DNA of 52,680 nucleotides, filler included, from Basidiobolus ranarum (Eukaryota): NCBI GenBank assembly GCA_040143965.1. It is 2 parts of 2 records of this genome, joined end to end, with 100 filler letters (N's around TTAATTAATTAA, not from the genome) between each part and the next. Parts side by side here need not be neighbours in the genome. Positions count along the whole stretch, not along the records: positions 26,440 to 52,680 come from JASJQH010000133.1; 1 more part is not named here. One strand, 5' to 3'. Shown piece by piece: positions 39,127 to 51,573 of this stretch (position 1 is its first letter; each line of letters starts with the position of its first letter). The notes under the pieces were generated by a model. It saw only the letters and a program-made list of their open reading frames with translations, ran no database searches and was not told where the DNA came from. The position numbers and the translations under genes were made by a program.

Positions 39127-40090
39127 GATTAACTAATCCCTAAACAACAGTATTACCTCGTGCTTCACATTCACCATTGTACCGTTCGTTAATGCCAATA
39201 AAAACACCAAGAAAGCTATGATTCCAAGTTCAACACTTTGGTTATTATTTCGTATTATAGAGAATTATCTTCCATCATTACTAATATTGAAATGCTCTGG
39301 ATACATTACCATGATACGCTACAAGTTAGAAGAGAAAATCATCAGATAACTTTGAAGTATTTGAGGAAATGACAGTCATCAATAGTGTTATATGATTCTT
39401 TGGTTCTGATTTTGATTCGTTCAATCCATTGAAGCATACATGCATGTATTGAAGAGTTGTATGCTTCCGATTGAATGCATCGAGCTAATACGGAAGTGGT
39501 AACCGCCACAACCTATGACCCCGAAAAATCACCGAAAGAGGTACTAGCACCATTTGTCCAATAAGCCAAATTAAAATCTCTAGAATATAATATCCTGGGG
39601 ATACTTAACTAGATTTTAGGCGTAAAGTGGCTGATGGTAAAGCCCTGAATAAATTTCTCTTTGAATAGTCGCTTCGAGGGATAGCTGATAATCAGTCTAT
39701 AATTGAGGCCAAGACGTAGTAAGATTATGTTGCAACTATAGAGTATCGTAAAAGCACTGAGCACCTTTTTAGCTATCTATTTCAAAACCGGTAATGTAAT
39801 ACAAGAAAGTCACTCAAAGAATACAACACCATAGATCGTTTGCACAATATAAGACTATTTTCGAGATTAAACTAAAGGAGTATTCTCATTGATTCCAAGG
39901 AAAATTCTTATTCATACTGATGTTGTACAAGAAACAAGAACAATGAGAATAAACTAGCCACCAGCCGAAATCAGTTATTTCTAAACTACTGAGAACTAGT
40001 TTTTTGATAACCATTAAAATCTGCTCTAGATACTTTTGTAACTACTTATTTACCTTGGATTTTTCTTCTTACGTACCAATTTCAGTACCT

Positions 40091-43000
40091 ATGCTAAAGC
40101 TATCTTCGTCAAACTATCAGGAATGTAGGTATGGTGAGCAGAATTTCCGAATACCTACTGTAGTTGTTGAAGGAACTCGATGTGTCCTTATGCAAGAAGT
40201 CGAATATTGTGTTCCAGGTGCTCTACGTCTGGAGTACGATAAGTGTCCAATTCCATTCGTACTTACATCAAGTTATGAGCAGTAAGTTACATCTCTTTAT
40301 AAGATTTATCATATTGAAAAGCATATGAATAATGATAATTCGGTTGATAAAATAATGAGCTAATCTCTTTTCTTCCTAGCTCATTTCCAAGAAGAATCGA
40401 GTATCTACCAGATCATGTGCTTACAATTACTACAACGTGCAGAGCAGTTATAGCAGAGGCAAGCACAAGCGAGCCTACTCCGAAGCTGTCCAAAGTTAAT
40501 GAAAATCGGATGACTGATGTGGACACTCTTTCTAATGATAATGTTTTGACCAGGGACATTTTCGAGAGTATTCAGGTATCACTTAGTGACAAGGATATGT
40601 CAAAAATTATGAGCAAATTTCAAAAAGTGATTCAACAAAATGAAATGACCCAGAAGCAAAACAAACAAACACATGAACAAAATGAGAGAACACTTCAACG
40701 TTTAGCCTTATTAGATAACAAAATGAAAACTTTGTTAACGCAAAACTACGAATTACATGAGTTTCCTATCCCCAGAATGTTTATTATTCTTCCTGTCAAC
40801 CGGCATCCAGCTAACCCAACAGCCATTTTCACTACCAAATATCGTCTCTACTTCTTGTGCGAATGTGGGGAACACACAGAATCTAAGTCGCCCAATCATG
40901 ATAGTAAACACATGATTCATATTGCACTTCATGAAGGGTATGATATCTCGAAACCAAAAGAGTTTTATGCAAAGTACGGTTCGTATATGCTGTACCTGCT
41001 GAGAGCACTTCGTTTTGGTCTACAAGTTGCGGGTGTTGCAATCCCAGCATTTGCGCAAAATAATGAGAATGACAGGGCATTAGAGAGGTTGATCGATGTA
41101 ACAGAGAAGACTTTAGACGTGTCTATTTCGTTTTTAGGCACCGAGCTATCCTGCATCACCACCTCAAGTAACAATGAGACAGCTCAGAAAGAAATAGACA
41201 CATCAATTGAAGAAAGCGTGCGACAGCTAGAATCATTAGAAGGAGCGGACCTGAGACAGCTGGGTATGTTTATTAAACGAAATGATCAGAACAAAGTGCT
41301 AGGCAATCTGTATAGGATCACTACAGAAGAGGGGCATGTCAAGTGGGTCTGTCTGGATCATTATCGTATCAACTACAAGGAAGCAGCTAAGAGTCATCTA
41401 AGAAATATAATGGACGTGCAAGGCGGTGATTATGATGAACATCTCGGTAAAGTGATGATTACGTTGACATCAGGAATATTGGTCAAGGAGTTTGCAGATG
41501 CGATAGCTCAAACCAAGCAGTTACTGGAGTTGGACGTTGCTTTGCAATACAGGTGGCAATCAAACGACCTCAAGATACTTGACAATGCTATTCGTATGGC
41601 CACCATTCGGTCCTTGGCCTTGGATGTTTCTAACAGAGATCTAGGAGGAATGTTGAACCAGAGAGCAAGTACGCTTAGAAATGTCATGAGCAATGCACAA
41701 TTGACTATTATTCAGTTGAAAGTAGATGATTGGTTTGTTGAGAATGGATTGTCATCGATCAGGAGCCTCTCTCATGTCAGAATCTTGAATTTCGGAAACT
41801 ATCTCATTCCAAATTATCCAATTCCAAGCCACCAATATGATAATGACAAAGAAAGAAGATGGATTCAATCAGTATCAGAAATGCTGAAAGTGTGCCCATC
41901 GTTGGAACAATTGAGTTTTGGAAAGATCTCAATTGGCTACAACAACCGAAGGAGTCCGGTCCAGTTATTTGATAAATACTGTCGATTTGTGAGACATTAC
42001 AATGCAATTGACATGTCAGTTTCTCGAAAAGATATCCTGATGGTGGCTGGGCTATCGGAGATGGAAGAGGTGACAAACCTGAGGCTACGCAGTAATGATC
42101 ATATCATTGATATGTTGGAGAGAGAATCCAGAAATACAGGTATTCGACTGAAAAAATTGGAGTTGACTTACAGTGATGGCTTATCAGTTTCGGAAGTGGA
42201 AAAGATAGCCAAATTCATGGGAAGACTGAAACTGGCCTATCTTGAGCTAAATACAGGTGATTATGATACCGTACAGATATTACAACAAATCGATTACTCA
42301 TTGCTCGCAACATTTAAACTCAGTGGGAAAATTAATGAGGCAGCATGGGAAGTACTGAACAGTGGCTTTAAAGAAGGTTCTATGGTGAAAGAGCTGAATA
42401 TTTTGAGTACAGATACCACTCGCATAAGTGGGTATACACTTCCTCGCTGCATATCTAGATTATGCTTAAGCGAATCAAGAGCAGGAAATACGCCATTGAA
42501 AAAGTTGGAATTGACATGTAGTGGTGCCTCGTCGGCTAAAGAAGTGGCAACGATAGCATTAATTGCAGGAAAGCTCAAATCGACGCATCTAAATCTAGCT
42601 ATAAAACATTGTAATCCCGTACCGATATTGCAACAAATTGATTATCCGTTGTTAACAACATTTAATTTCGCCGGAAATTTCAATGAAGCAGTATGGAAAG
42701 AATTGGACAGGGGTTTAAAGGAAGGTTCCAAGATAGAGGAACTATGTTTATGGAATACAGATACAGCTGATACAGATAAGCTAATTCTTTTTCGAATCCT
42801 CTCTAAACTATCTCTTAAAAGTCTGCGCCTATATGGAAGTAGAGGTACAACTGACATGGATTGGGCCACCATTCTGTCTTACATGGATGTATCTCGATTG
42901 GAATTTCTTGAAATTTCGAACTCATTATTCGGAGACAAAGCAGTCAGTAGTTTAATTCATCGCCTCCCTGAAGCAAAAAAGCTGTCAGACCTGGTATTAT

Positions 43001-43137
43001 ATAAGACGCGAGTAAGCAAGGCATTCTCTTTCAACCTTGAGGTAGCAATTGAAAGTACACAGAGAACTATCGTGTACCAAAATAGCGCAGATTTCCTCTC
43101 ACATCCAATCATGTATTCTTACAACCTCATCTCATAA
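40091..43137 (+). CDS. LRR-array paralogue 4; exons 40091-40281 and 40380-43137, 982 aa
   Basis: Same structure as paralogues 1 and 2, with the duplicated LRR block also seen in paralogue 3. Confidence 0.85.
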
Positions 43138-43729
43138 CATACTAATATACGCGTCATGTATTCTTATAATTGAAGCTTAAAGCATTGATATGTATACTTC
43201 AAACAATTATTTATACCAACTACCACTCTACACTGAGATAGTACATATTATAGCTATTACCCTTTGCCGGTTATAACATTAGGAAAATTTCTGCCTGAAG
43301 ATATCACAAGCTAGAATGATGAACCTTGATTAGCATTGCAATATTACTCCAGGTTATCATCTCAATATTATGATACTTTTCTGAAACTGTTTACTATATA
43401 ATACATGCTCTTATGGAACGATTGAATGCATTGAAATAATGCTTAAATAATAGCTGCCAAATCCCTTAACCCCGGTCTATCACCTAACAGAGAACATAAA
43501 TCGGGGCTTTTTGCGACTATATAGTATGCAAGATCGATGAAAAACCAGATATAATCTAGATTATACATTGACCTTGGACTTGTTTCCATCTAAGGTTATA
43601 ACATAGATATTTTAACAAACATCAAACTCCATGAAAAACATTGCTCCTCGATTAATTATGTGTTTTACTAAAATTTCTTTGTATGGCGAGGAGGGTTATT
43701 GGATATGAAATAGATAATATATGTATATT

Positions 43730-45014
43730 TTACTCTTTCTTCCTAATATCTGCAAATGCAACATCTTGTTCAACTTCCTTACTTGCCTTATTGAACATGT
43801 GCGACAAAAACAGCCAGATAGCAGTTCTCCAAAATACCGATTTAGCCCATCGAGACCAAGTATCAAAGATCTCTCCCTTATATTTCAGAGCAACACCTTC
43901 ATGTCCGAGAGTCTTGTACTCATCCAAAACTTTCTTCAAGGCTTTAGTTCTATCAGTCAGAATGTAATCTACACCTAATTTGACACATTCGCGTGTCTCA
44001 ACTTCGTCGTTAACAGTCCAAACAAGGATTGCCTTGCCTTGAGCCTGCATATCTTTTACAAACTCTCTTCCCAAAGGAGTTGTAAGGATCATAAAGTTGA
44101 TACTGTAGCCATCTACTGTAGAAGGTGGGAAATGTTGGCGGGCAATGTCGAGACTAAACCCAATATGTATACGACTGAAGGTAGGGAGAAATTCATCTGC
44201 GGCAGGTAAAAATTTAGGATGCCAAAGTCCCAGAATGATTTGGGAAGAGAAGTCATGGTTGGGAAAGTGGTCTTTCATTAATTGCGCAAACTTTGAGAAT
44301 AAAGCCCTAGGCGAGTTGTCCATCTTTGGTAGGCCCGATATAGAAGATGTTAATTGAATCACGTAGTATATTGGTTACCTATTTAGCAAAATTCATGGGG
44401 ATACTAGGTATGAAATATTCTGTACCTTGATATCGACATTCCACCACACTTTCTCATTACCCTCCTCGGTTAAAAATCTGAGAATATCAATGCAGCGTGG
44501 AATGCCGACATGTGGCTCCTTTTTCGAGGTTAGACCATCGATATATCCGTTCCATGGTCGCTCCTTGACCTTGCCCGTACCATTAGTTGTTCTGTCCAAC
44601 GTTGGGTCGTGCATGACAATAATCTCACCGTCTGAGGTTAGGTGGAGGTCTACGAATTTTTGTGTACAGTTATTCAGTCAACAATTTAGTTCTATTTGGT
44701 TAAAGTGTCGTTTAAAGATTACCTCCTTCTAGACCATCAGCACCATCCTTAATAGCTTGGGCGATCGACAGAAGCGAATTCTCCGGCCATTCCTCCGAAG
44801 CTCCACTTTTTATGTATATATGAAGTTTGTTTTAAAAGTTGATTATTTTGCTTTTTAAAAAAATTAAGGCCATGTCTCCATCCCATGTTAAATTTGTATC
44901 AAGTTGCATGTTGCCTCGAGAAAATATTAATAGCAATTACCGATGCCCCACATTCAATGGGAGTTGTAAACTACGTGATGAGGCAAGAGTGAGGACCTGG
45001 CGCCGTGATGACAT
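43730..45014 (-). CDS. Glycerophosphodiester phosphodiesterase (GDPD), Pgc1-like, multi-exon
   Basis: GHR|GASEEWPENS, ADGLEG|DLHLTSDGEIIVMHDPTLDRTTNG, VWTVND and GVDYILTD motifs. Confidence 0.88.
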
Positions 45015-45100
45015 GGATATATTAGAGGAGAATACAGAGAAGAAAAGGTCAAATAGATAGTGTTTCCAATTTTATGTATGAAATATGAGAGATAACAATC

Positions 45101-45140
45101 CGTAGTATGATAGGGCTACACGTAGTATGATAGGGCTACA
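45101..45140. repeat. Perfect 20-bp tandem duplication CGTAGTATGATAGGGCTACA x2 in the GDPD promoter
   Basis: Direct reading of the sequence. Confidence 0.9.
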
Positions 45141-46402
45141 ACCAGCTATTGGAACACGTGCAATATGTCAATATTTCATACTCCATTGATGTGATATATT
45201 CAACAGCCAGATTAGGAAAAAGGTAGCATACATTCGTTAATTTGACTAGGATATCCTCTGATACAAAAAAGCATCATCGTCATAGTAATAGAATAAGGAC
45301 ATCAATATCATCTCTCTCTACTATTTATGGAACATCATTACGGATGGATTACTAAGGTGAATGTCAGCATCTTTCATGTCAGAACCATGAACGGTACGAA
45401 CAGAAGAGCGAATGACGGCACTATATCGACAAAGTAAATGCATGGTCAATGCGATAGAAAATCGATTGAACAGTATCACAGTCATCAAAGGCTTAGAGAA
45501 TTGTTTGTGAGTAGGATCGCACTCTTAAGTTGCTATGAACACTAAGCTCCTTGGTTAGGTTTCATTTGAGATCCAGGACCACTCTTCTTCGTCAAATGAT
45601 ATGATTGTTTTAAGGCTACGCTTTACACTTTAAATCTGGGAATTTGGGAAATATATGAAAAGCCCTGATAACAAATTCTTGCTGTTTGACATGTGACTTG
45701 CGAGTATGGTCCAAGCAAAGCACACAAATCACATAGCAGTATTTTTACCATGACCTATGCTAAAATAGTGGTATTGCGTATGCAATCAATGCTCTCAAAG
45801 ATCATTTCACACAATTGATAAGATTTTTTTTACCTTTGATCAATGAAAGTGTCGGCAAAGAGTAAATACGAACATTACTCCTCGTTGACACATATTTTCA
45901 CCATTACCCTTATGTAACAGTAAAAAGAAACCATCTGAATAAGCATTGTGTTAAAGAAGCATGTATTCGAATAAGAATATTTCACTTGTAGAACAGTATG
46001 AATCAAAGTCAGTTGAAATCAATATTTGAACAGTAGCAAACTACAACCTACAATTGCTTATTTTCATGTACTATTAAACTTCCCATCTTTTTTACTCTGA
46101 AGGGCAATATGTCCTTAAATTGCTTTGACCATTGATATTCACCCACAATATTAGTGACCAATAGTATTGAATTTTTTACTACATTATATTGATTGCTCCT
46201 AAGCTGCTGAATAGACAGAGGTATTAGATAGATAGCAGACAAAACTATGCCTATCATTCAAGACTTATGGATGTAAACCTGTTGTTATCCTAAGACTGCA
46301 TGACTATTGACACCAGGATCAGAGTAAATTAAGCTATGTTTGTTACTAAATTCTAGCTTAGTCCAATGCTGGTAAGTAACTTGAGAATATTGATGAATCT
46401 TC

Positions 46403-46744
46403 TGTCAAAGTATTTTGGGAGCCTGTTGGAAGTAGTTTGGAGAACTAGAGAAATTGGTGGTGTTCCATTATTGAGTAGAAAGTTGATATTTATAGTTTTG
46501 TCAAGATGTAAGCAGAAAAATGTGTAGAATGTGATAAGAAAGATCCCAGGAATATATGTACAACGTTTGGGGCTTCTAGCACAAGTTTGAAAAAATCTAT
46601 ATAACTGAGAACTTCTAAATTGGTGTCAATATTCTGAGTAAATTCCGATTGAGAACAATTGGTGATATCTTGATAAAATATGGAATAACTAAATACTAAG
46701 CCATATATGACTACATAAATGCTTAGGTTATGCTTATTTCAACA
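46403..46744 (-). mobile_element. Solo LTR with perfect 5-bp TSD TCTTC
   Basis: TGTCAAAG...TTTCAACA, matching the family. TCTTC at 46398-46402 and 46745-46749. Confidence 0.9.
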
Positions 46745-47660
46745 TCTTCTTATACTAATACATAAGTTTCAGATGTTGAAACTCACACCAAGATGTCTTA
46801 TTGAATTTTTTGAAGTCAGTCGCATACCACTTTTACACTTCCCATCTGAATTATAATTTTGACCATTTAACAAGTATCACCTAGCCTCATAATATAACTG
46901 CTCATAAACATACTTGTTGTGTAGTAGAGTGCCGTGGATAGGTTAGATAACTCTAGCTCTAGTTCAGACCATAACAGATATATGAAGGGGACCACAATAA
47001 GAGATCTTAGAATATCAGAGCGGAGCAGAAAGGATGAAATATGCTGCTATGAAAGTTGCTTGTCCCAAATTGAAAGCAGTTATTAAAGTATACGTTTAGG
47101 ACTTTTCAATCGTGATTTGGATTTTTTGATAAAACCTCTAACAATAAATAATTCCACTCCCAAGTTACTGATGTTTCACTTTGGATTGGAAGCCATTAGT
47201 CCAGCCGTACTTAGCACGAGGCTACTGGCGAGAAGCATTGAGGTATTTGAAGTCAAGGACCCTGACTATAGCGGGCGATAATAATATTGGCAGCATGGAG
47301 ATATCGCTTATGCTTGTGGTAATAATGGTGATGGTGATGGCATTCGGGGTGCCAGTAATGAAGCCAATATAAAAAAAGTGAAAACGAAGCTGGTATCTAC
47401 AACTCCAGTTAAGGTTGAAGAGGGCGGAAATGGTAGGCGTGATCAAATTAGTGGCGCCGGCAATCAAGTTAGCGCTTACGTTTCTCAAAAGAGACTTTAC
47501 AGTAATGGGGAACAGGTTTGTAATAAATTATTTTTTTAACAATGTTTACTTCAAAACGTCAAGAATTAGTCAACTTTCGTAATAATTTCAAATAAAACAC
47601 GACAATATTTAATGATAGAAAAAAAAATAATGAGACGGCCACTTGTACTGCAAACAATAA

Positions 47661-48050
47661 TTATGGGAAGTCAATTGTATGCCATCGGACATGCATAGCG
47701 ATCTATAGTTGTAAACATTAAAACCATTTTTACCAAGCACTGTCAGGGTGACTAACCTCCCAATAGGTGATACTGATTTTTATTGCTAGTCACACTCTCA
47801 TCGTTATTATAAGTAGACATACTTTATTGAGAAATACTGCATGCCAAATACTATACTCCATACCAGCAGGAACAGTCTTTGAAGTATCTGGAAAGGTTTC
47901 ACCACATGCTTTGGCGTTCATATACAACTCCACATATTCAGGACTCGCTGCAAGTTCAGGCTGATTACGATCACTAGGAGCGGCATATGCAGACATGACC
48001 AGAGAGATTGTGACAGTACCAATGACCATGAAATTTTGAAATAAATGCAT
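47661..48050 (-). CDS. Putative small secreted protein (about 95 aa, three predicted exons)
   Basis: Signal-peptide-like N-terminus (MVIGTVTISLVMSAYA-AP). Phase-0 introns GTATGT..CAG and GTTAGT..TAG give ...FLNK|YHLLE|IAMHVRWHTIDFP*. No family recognised. Confidence 0.35.
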
Positions 48051-48962
48051 AATAATTGAAAGAGTTTAAATTGTATTTGGTTTATGGAAGTGCAAACATC
48101 CAAGTTGTACTTTTATACGGTACCAAGACATGACTTCGTATTAATGTTCAACTTGGGGGATCAACTTAATATTGTAAAAAGATTAGCTTGATTTTTAAGA
48201 AGTATCGTATTCTTAGATCTTTTATTAAATGAGGATGGAGTATGGTAGAATGAATCTTAAGCTAACAGCGACGGGGAATCTTTCCATGGAGTCTCGAGTG
48301 GTTTATTCAGCATATGTTATACATGCATCAAATATAAACTAGTTCGGTTCGTTTTATCCAAAAGGCAAATGGGTTGGTTATCACAAGACCGCATCTACCG
48401 TACTTGTTGACAATTAAGCTTACTTTTATTCATCTATAAAATACAGCTCCGTGCTCAACATATACATCACAGTGGACAAAAACGACATATAGGAAAATCA
48501 TGCTTGATAGTGTGAGATTCATTTTGAAGTGACTATGTTCTCAGTTAGCTTCGCTATATTTAAACATGGATGTGAGAATACAGTTGCTGAACAACTAGTA
48601 ACATATTATATAACTAACACTTGTCCATTTGTGACTGTGTTTGATTGGCAGATAGCAGATATGTATTTATCTGAACCAGTTTATATTTCAACTGAGATCT
48701 ATATGTGATACTGATTAAGCCTGCATAAATAAGAGTTCTTATATAAGTATATCTTTTTGGCTAACTTGTAATGGTTAACATGTAGCTAGAGTCGTAATAC
48801 TCTTTTTGGCTATCATATAATGACAATCAGTGATAGGCCCCGACGATCAGGATTGTATCATATAGCTTTTCATAAACAACTCTCATTTAGTTACAAGATG
48901 TCATTCATTTATTAATAAGTATAACAGAGAGTACTTATTGTTATGATGAAAGATGAACCAAA

Positions 48963-49364
48963 CTAGCATCTGTTGACTGTTAGTTGACCTTGGCTGACAT
49001 CATTAACATTGGGGAAGTCAACTGGAACACTTCCGCACTGTTTACATCCATGATCACTTAAGAAGCCAAGAAGTTGGCATGCCTTCCACTTGGGAATTGT
49101 TCTGCCACCCATATTTTGGGTGAACGCACAGAAGTTACGATGGACTGGGAAGTTTGTGATCTGTTCACTAACAGTGAAGATGTGTTGACCGTTGCTGAAT
49201 TCCTGGTTTTGATCGCCACCGCATAATTGTCTCATTTCCCTGATGACAGCTCCAAAGTTGCCGACAAAGTTGCAGTCACTTGATCCTCTGCAGTTAATGC
49301 CAAGTCCGTTTGTAGCACCAATGGAGAGAGCCAAGAAAGCCGCGGCGGTAATTGATTGTTTCAT
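48963..49364 (-). CDS. KP4 killer-toxin family secreted protein, intronless, 133 aa
   Basis: Signal peptide followed by LGINCRGSSDC (the KP4 mature N-terminus), CAFTQN, L.DHGCKQCGSVP and NDVSQGQLTVN. Confidence 0.92.
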   Translation of the reverse strand: MKQSITAAAFLALSIGATNGLGINCRGSSDCNFVGNFGAVIREMRQLCGGDQNQEFSNGQHIFTVSEQITNFPVHRNFCAFTQNMGGRTIPKWKACQLLGFLSDHGCKQCGSVPVDFPNVNDVSQGQLTVNRC

Positions 49365-49826
49365 GGTTAGAATGTGGTTTGGATGATATGACTAAGAGTG
49401 ATATTTATACAATACTTAATGGATGTCTTACTAGGGTAAAGCCCCAGTTTCAACACCACTAGTACTCCGCCCCATCCCTCTGCTGTGTTCTTGTAACCAG
49501 TGTTTGTCCGGTTAATACTTCATTCAGTCTTCTCGACCGCCCGCTGCTTCAATAGCAAAAATGGCCAATACATTTGTCAAATAGTTGCACTCAAAACTAA
49601 CAAAACCTAACATGTGAACATTTTTGTAACTTCCCCACAGTAAACGTCTGTGTACGTACAAAACACTACTATATTACTATATAAGAAAAATAGGCAGCAA
49701 CACAGATCAGTATATCATGAAGTGGAGGAAATACTGCCATGTATAGAAAATTCCAGTGTTCTGAACAATAACCATTCTCACTAATAGAGTTTATTCTTCC
49801 GGACATTATTAATTGTACTCTTGCGA

Positions 49827-49891
49827 ATCATTGGTAATCCATCATTGGTAATCCATCATTGGTAATCCATCATTGGTAATCCATCATTGGT
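49827..49891. repeat. Minisatellite (ATCATTGGTAATCC) x4.6
   Basis: Perfect 14-bp units start at 49827, 49841, 49855 and 49869, with a partial unit at 49883. Confidence 0.95.
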
Positions 49892-50702
49892 TACCCAGAA
49901 TCTACTTTTTATTGACTTTTGAGGGACTCACGTAAATCAAGTGTAGCTAACTATTTACGTTTCCAGTCATCAGATTAATTGCCAAATATGATCATAGAAA
50001 CTAGGATCTTCTCTAATTAATATTTTAACTCGGGAAAATTTGCACTTGTTGCATCAAGTAGCAATCAGCTGATCTCGGAAAAATATCTTCTATTCCAGTA
50101 AAGATATTCACGTTAGCAACGAAATGTAGTTGCACAAATGGATTAATATCTAAATTATACCGAATCTTTTCTGATAATTGGTACCTGCCTTCGAAAATAA
50201 TATTTCTTGTCATGATACTTAAGGTAGATAAGCAGACGTGCAGTAATTTTATGTTCTCTCAGGAATTTCTTTTGTAAGAGTTGTTTCAGTATCTGGGGCT
50301 GCTACATTTATTGGCTTTGAGGATGTGTAATATTGATTTGCTTAGCAGTAGTTGAATACAAGTGAGGCACAGAAATGCAAGAAAAATCTCTTAGAGTTAG
50401 AAGAGAATATATATACTACCTCACATGTACTGCATCGATTATATAATGCTCTTAGTAGATACTGAACGTATTCTAAACCAATCTACCTCCTATCAATCTT
50501 CCTGGTAGCTATATCTCAATAAATCCTATATCTAATTACTAAATTCACTCCAAAGCACAACTTCGAGTTAATACACATTGTGTATCATTCCAATAACTTC
50601 AACTAAGTTGAAGGCAGATACCAATTCACAGAGGCTGACCTCTGACAGCTAGCAACTTCCTTGTAGGAACCTTAATTCTTTTTCTACTTCACAAGTAGTG
50701 AA

Positions 50703-51573
50703 TGTTGAAGTTAGCATAGCTTCAACATCTCTGTAGCCTTATATATCCTAGCCATTAGTTATTTTATCAAGAGGAATTTACTTTAAATATTTTACCAAAC
50801 TAGATGTTCTGAGATATATAGATTCTTTAAGCCTGTGCTAGAAGCCACAAGCCTTGTGCATATGTTTCAGTGACCTTCATTAATGCATCCTACATGCTTG
50901 TTTATTTACCTCTTGACAAAACTATAAATGTCAACTTTCTACCAACTACTTTGACAAGTGAAAACCACCAATTCTTCCAGTTCTCCAATACACATCCAAC
51001 AAACTCCAAGATGCTTCAGCAACCTGTGTGCCCTAACCTTGCACCTACTGTAATATCTACTTCTCAAGTTTCTGGAGCTTTTCCTTCCTGTGAAAACAAG
51101 ATGGAACTGTTGGAGGATATGAAAAAATGGGCATAGCCTTTATATATTAGAGGCAACTTATGATTGTGTTTTAGTTACTTTATACTGAAGAGAATATGGT
51201 GACTTCTATAGTAGAAAAGTAAATCAATTGACTTAGATATTTAGGAGTTTGTGCAAAAAGATATAGTAGATTAGTGGGGGCAATAAGACATACTTGTTAT
51301 ATAGATATTCCTATTTGGAATATAGGGGCTATAGATACATTCCTTTATGTTTCTGATATATGTATCATAACCAAAGTTAATCAAGATGTTGAATAAATAT
51401 TAATAATCCAACAGGAACCAATCATCAAATTTGGAAAATTAAAACAACAATGTGCCCACAAGAAATTGGACTTGTGGCTACAGCTGTAGAAGGAAACCAT
51501 ATCAGAGCTGTCTGAAGCCAATATTTTATTCCAGGTTAACAAAGAACAAAGTGCCATCTATACAACTTGTCTC
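50703..51573 (+). mobile_element. Old copy of the Ty5/copia-like element: 5' LTR 50703-51021, decayed PBS and gag fragment, interrupted twice
   Basis: 51022-51107 and 51414-51573 align with 51921-52164 of the young copy (CTTGCAC, TTCTCAA, GATGGAAC, TTTGGAAAA, CCAGGTTAA.AAAGAACAAAGTGCC). Confidence 0.85.
51108..51413. mobile_element. Second-family solo LTR (306 bp) with TSD GGAAC
   Basis: Ends TGTTGGA/TCCAACA form a 7-bp inverted repeat. GGAAC at 51103-51107 and 51414-51418. Internal sequence is unrelated to family 1. Confidence 0.85.

Noticed and set aside
29495-42872. Recurrent antisense ORFs within the array
   Set aside because: Shadows of the conserved sense codons; they recur only because the genes are paralogous.
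29267-43137. Classical NLR, Roco or F-box-LRR assignment for the array
   Set aside because: No GxxxxGK[ST] P-loop, Roc domain or F-box motif found by eye.
46048-46400. Possible integrase or transposase remnant (TTGLHP)
   Set aside because: Match too short and full of stops to support a call.
47181-47540. GC-richer patch with short ORFs on both strands
   Set aside because: TTG starts, internal stops and no recognisable family; at most a gene relic.
49827-49891. CRISPR-like array
   Set aside because: Head-to-tail 14-mers with no spacers, in a eukaryotic context.
50324-50577. Possible third LTR family (TGTGTA...TACACA with TATA and AATAAA)
   Set aside because: No TSD, no clear PBS and no second copy in the window.
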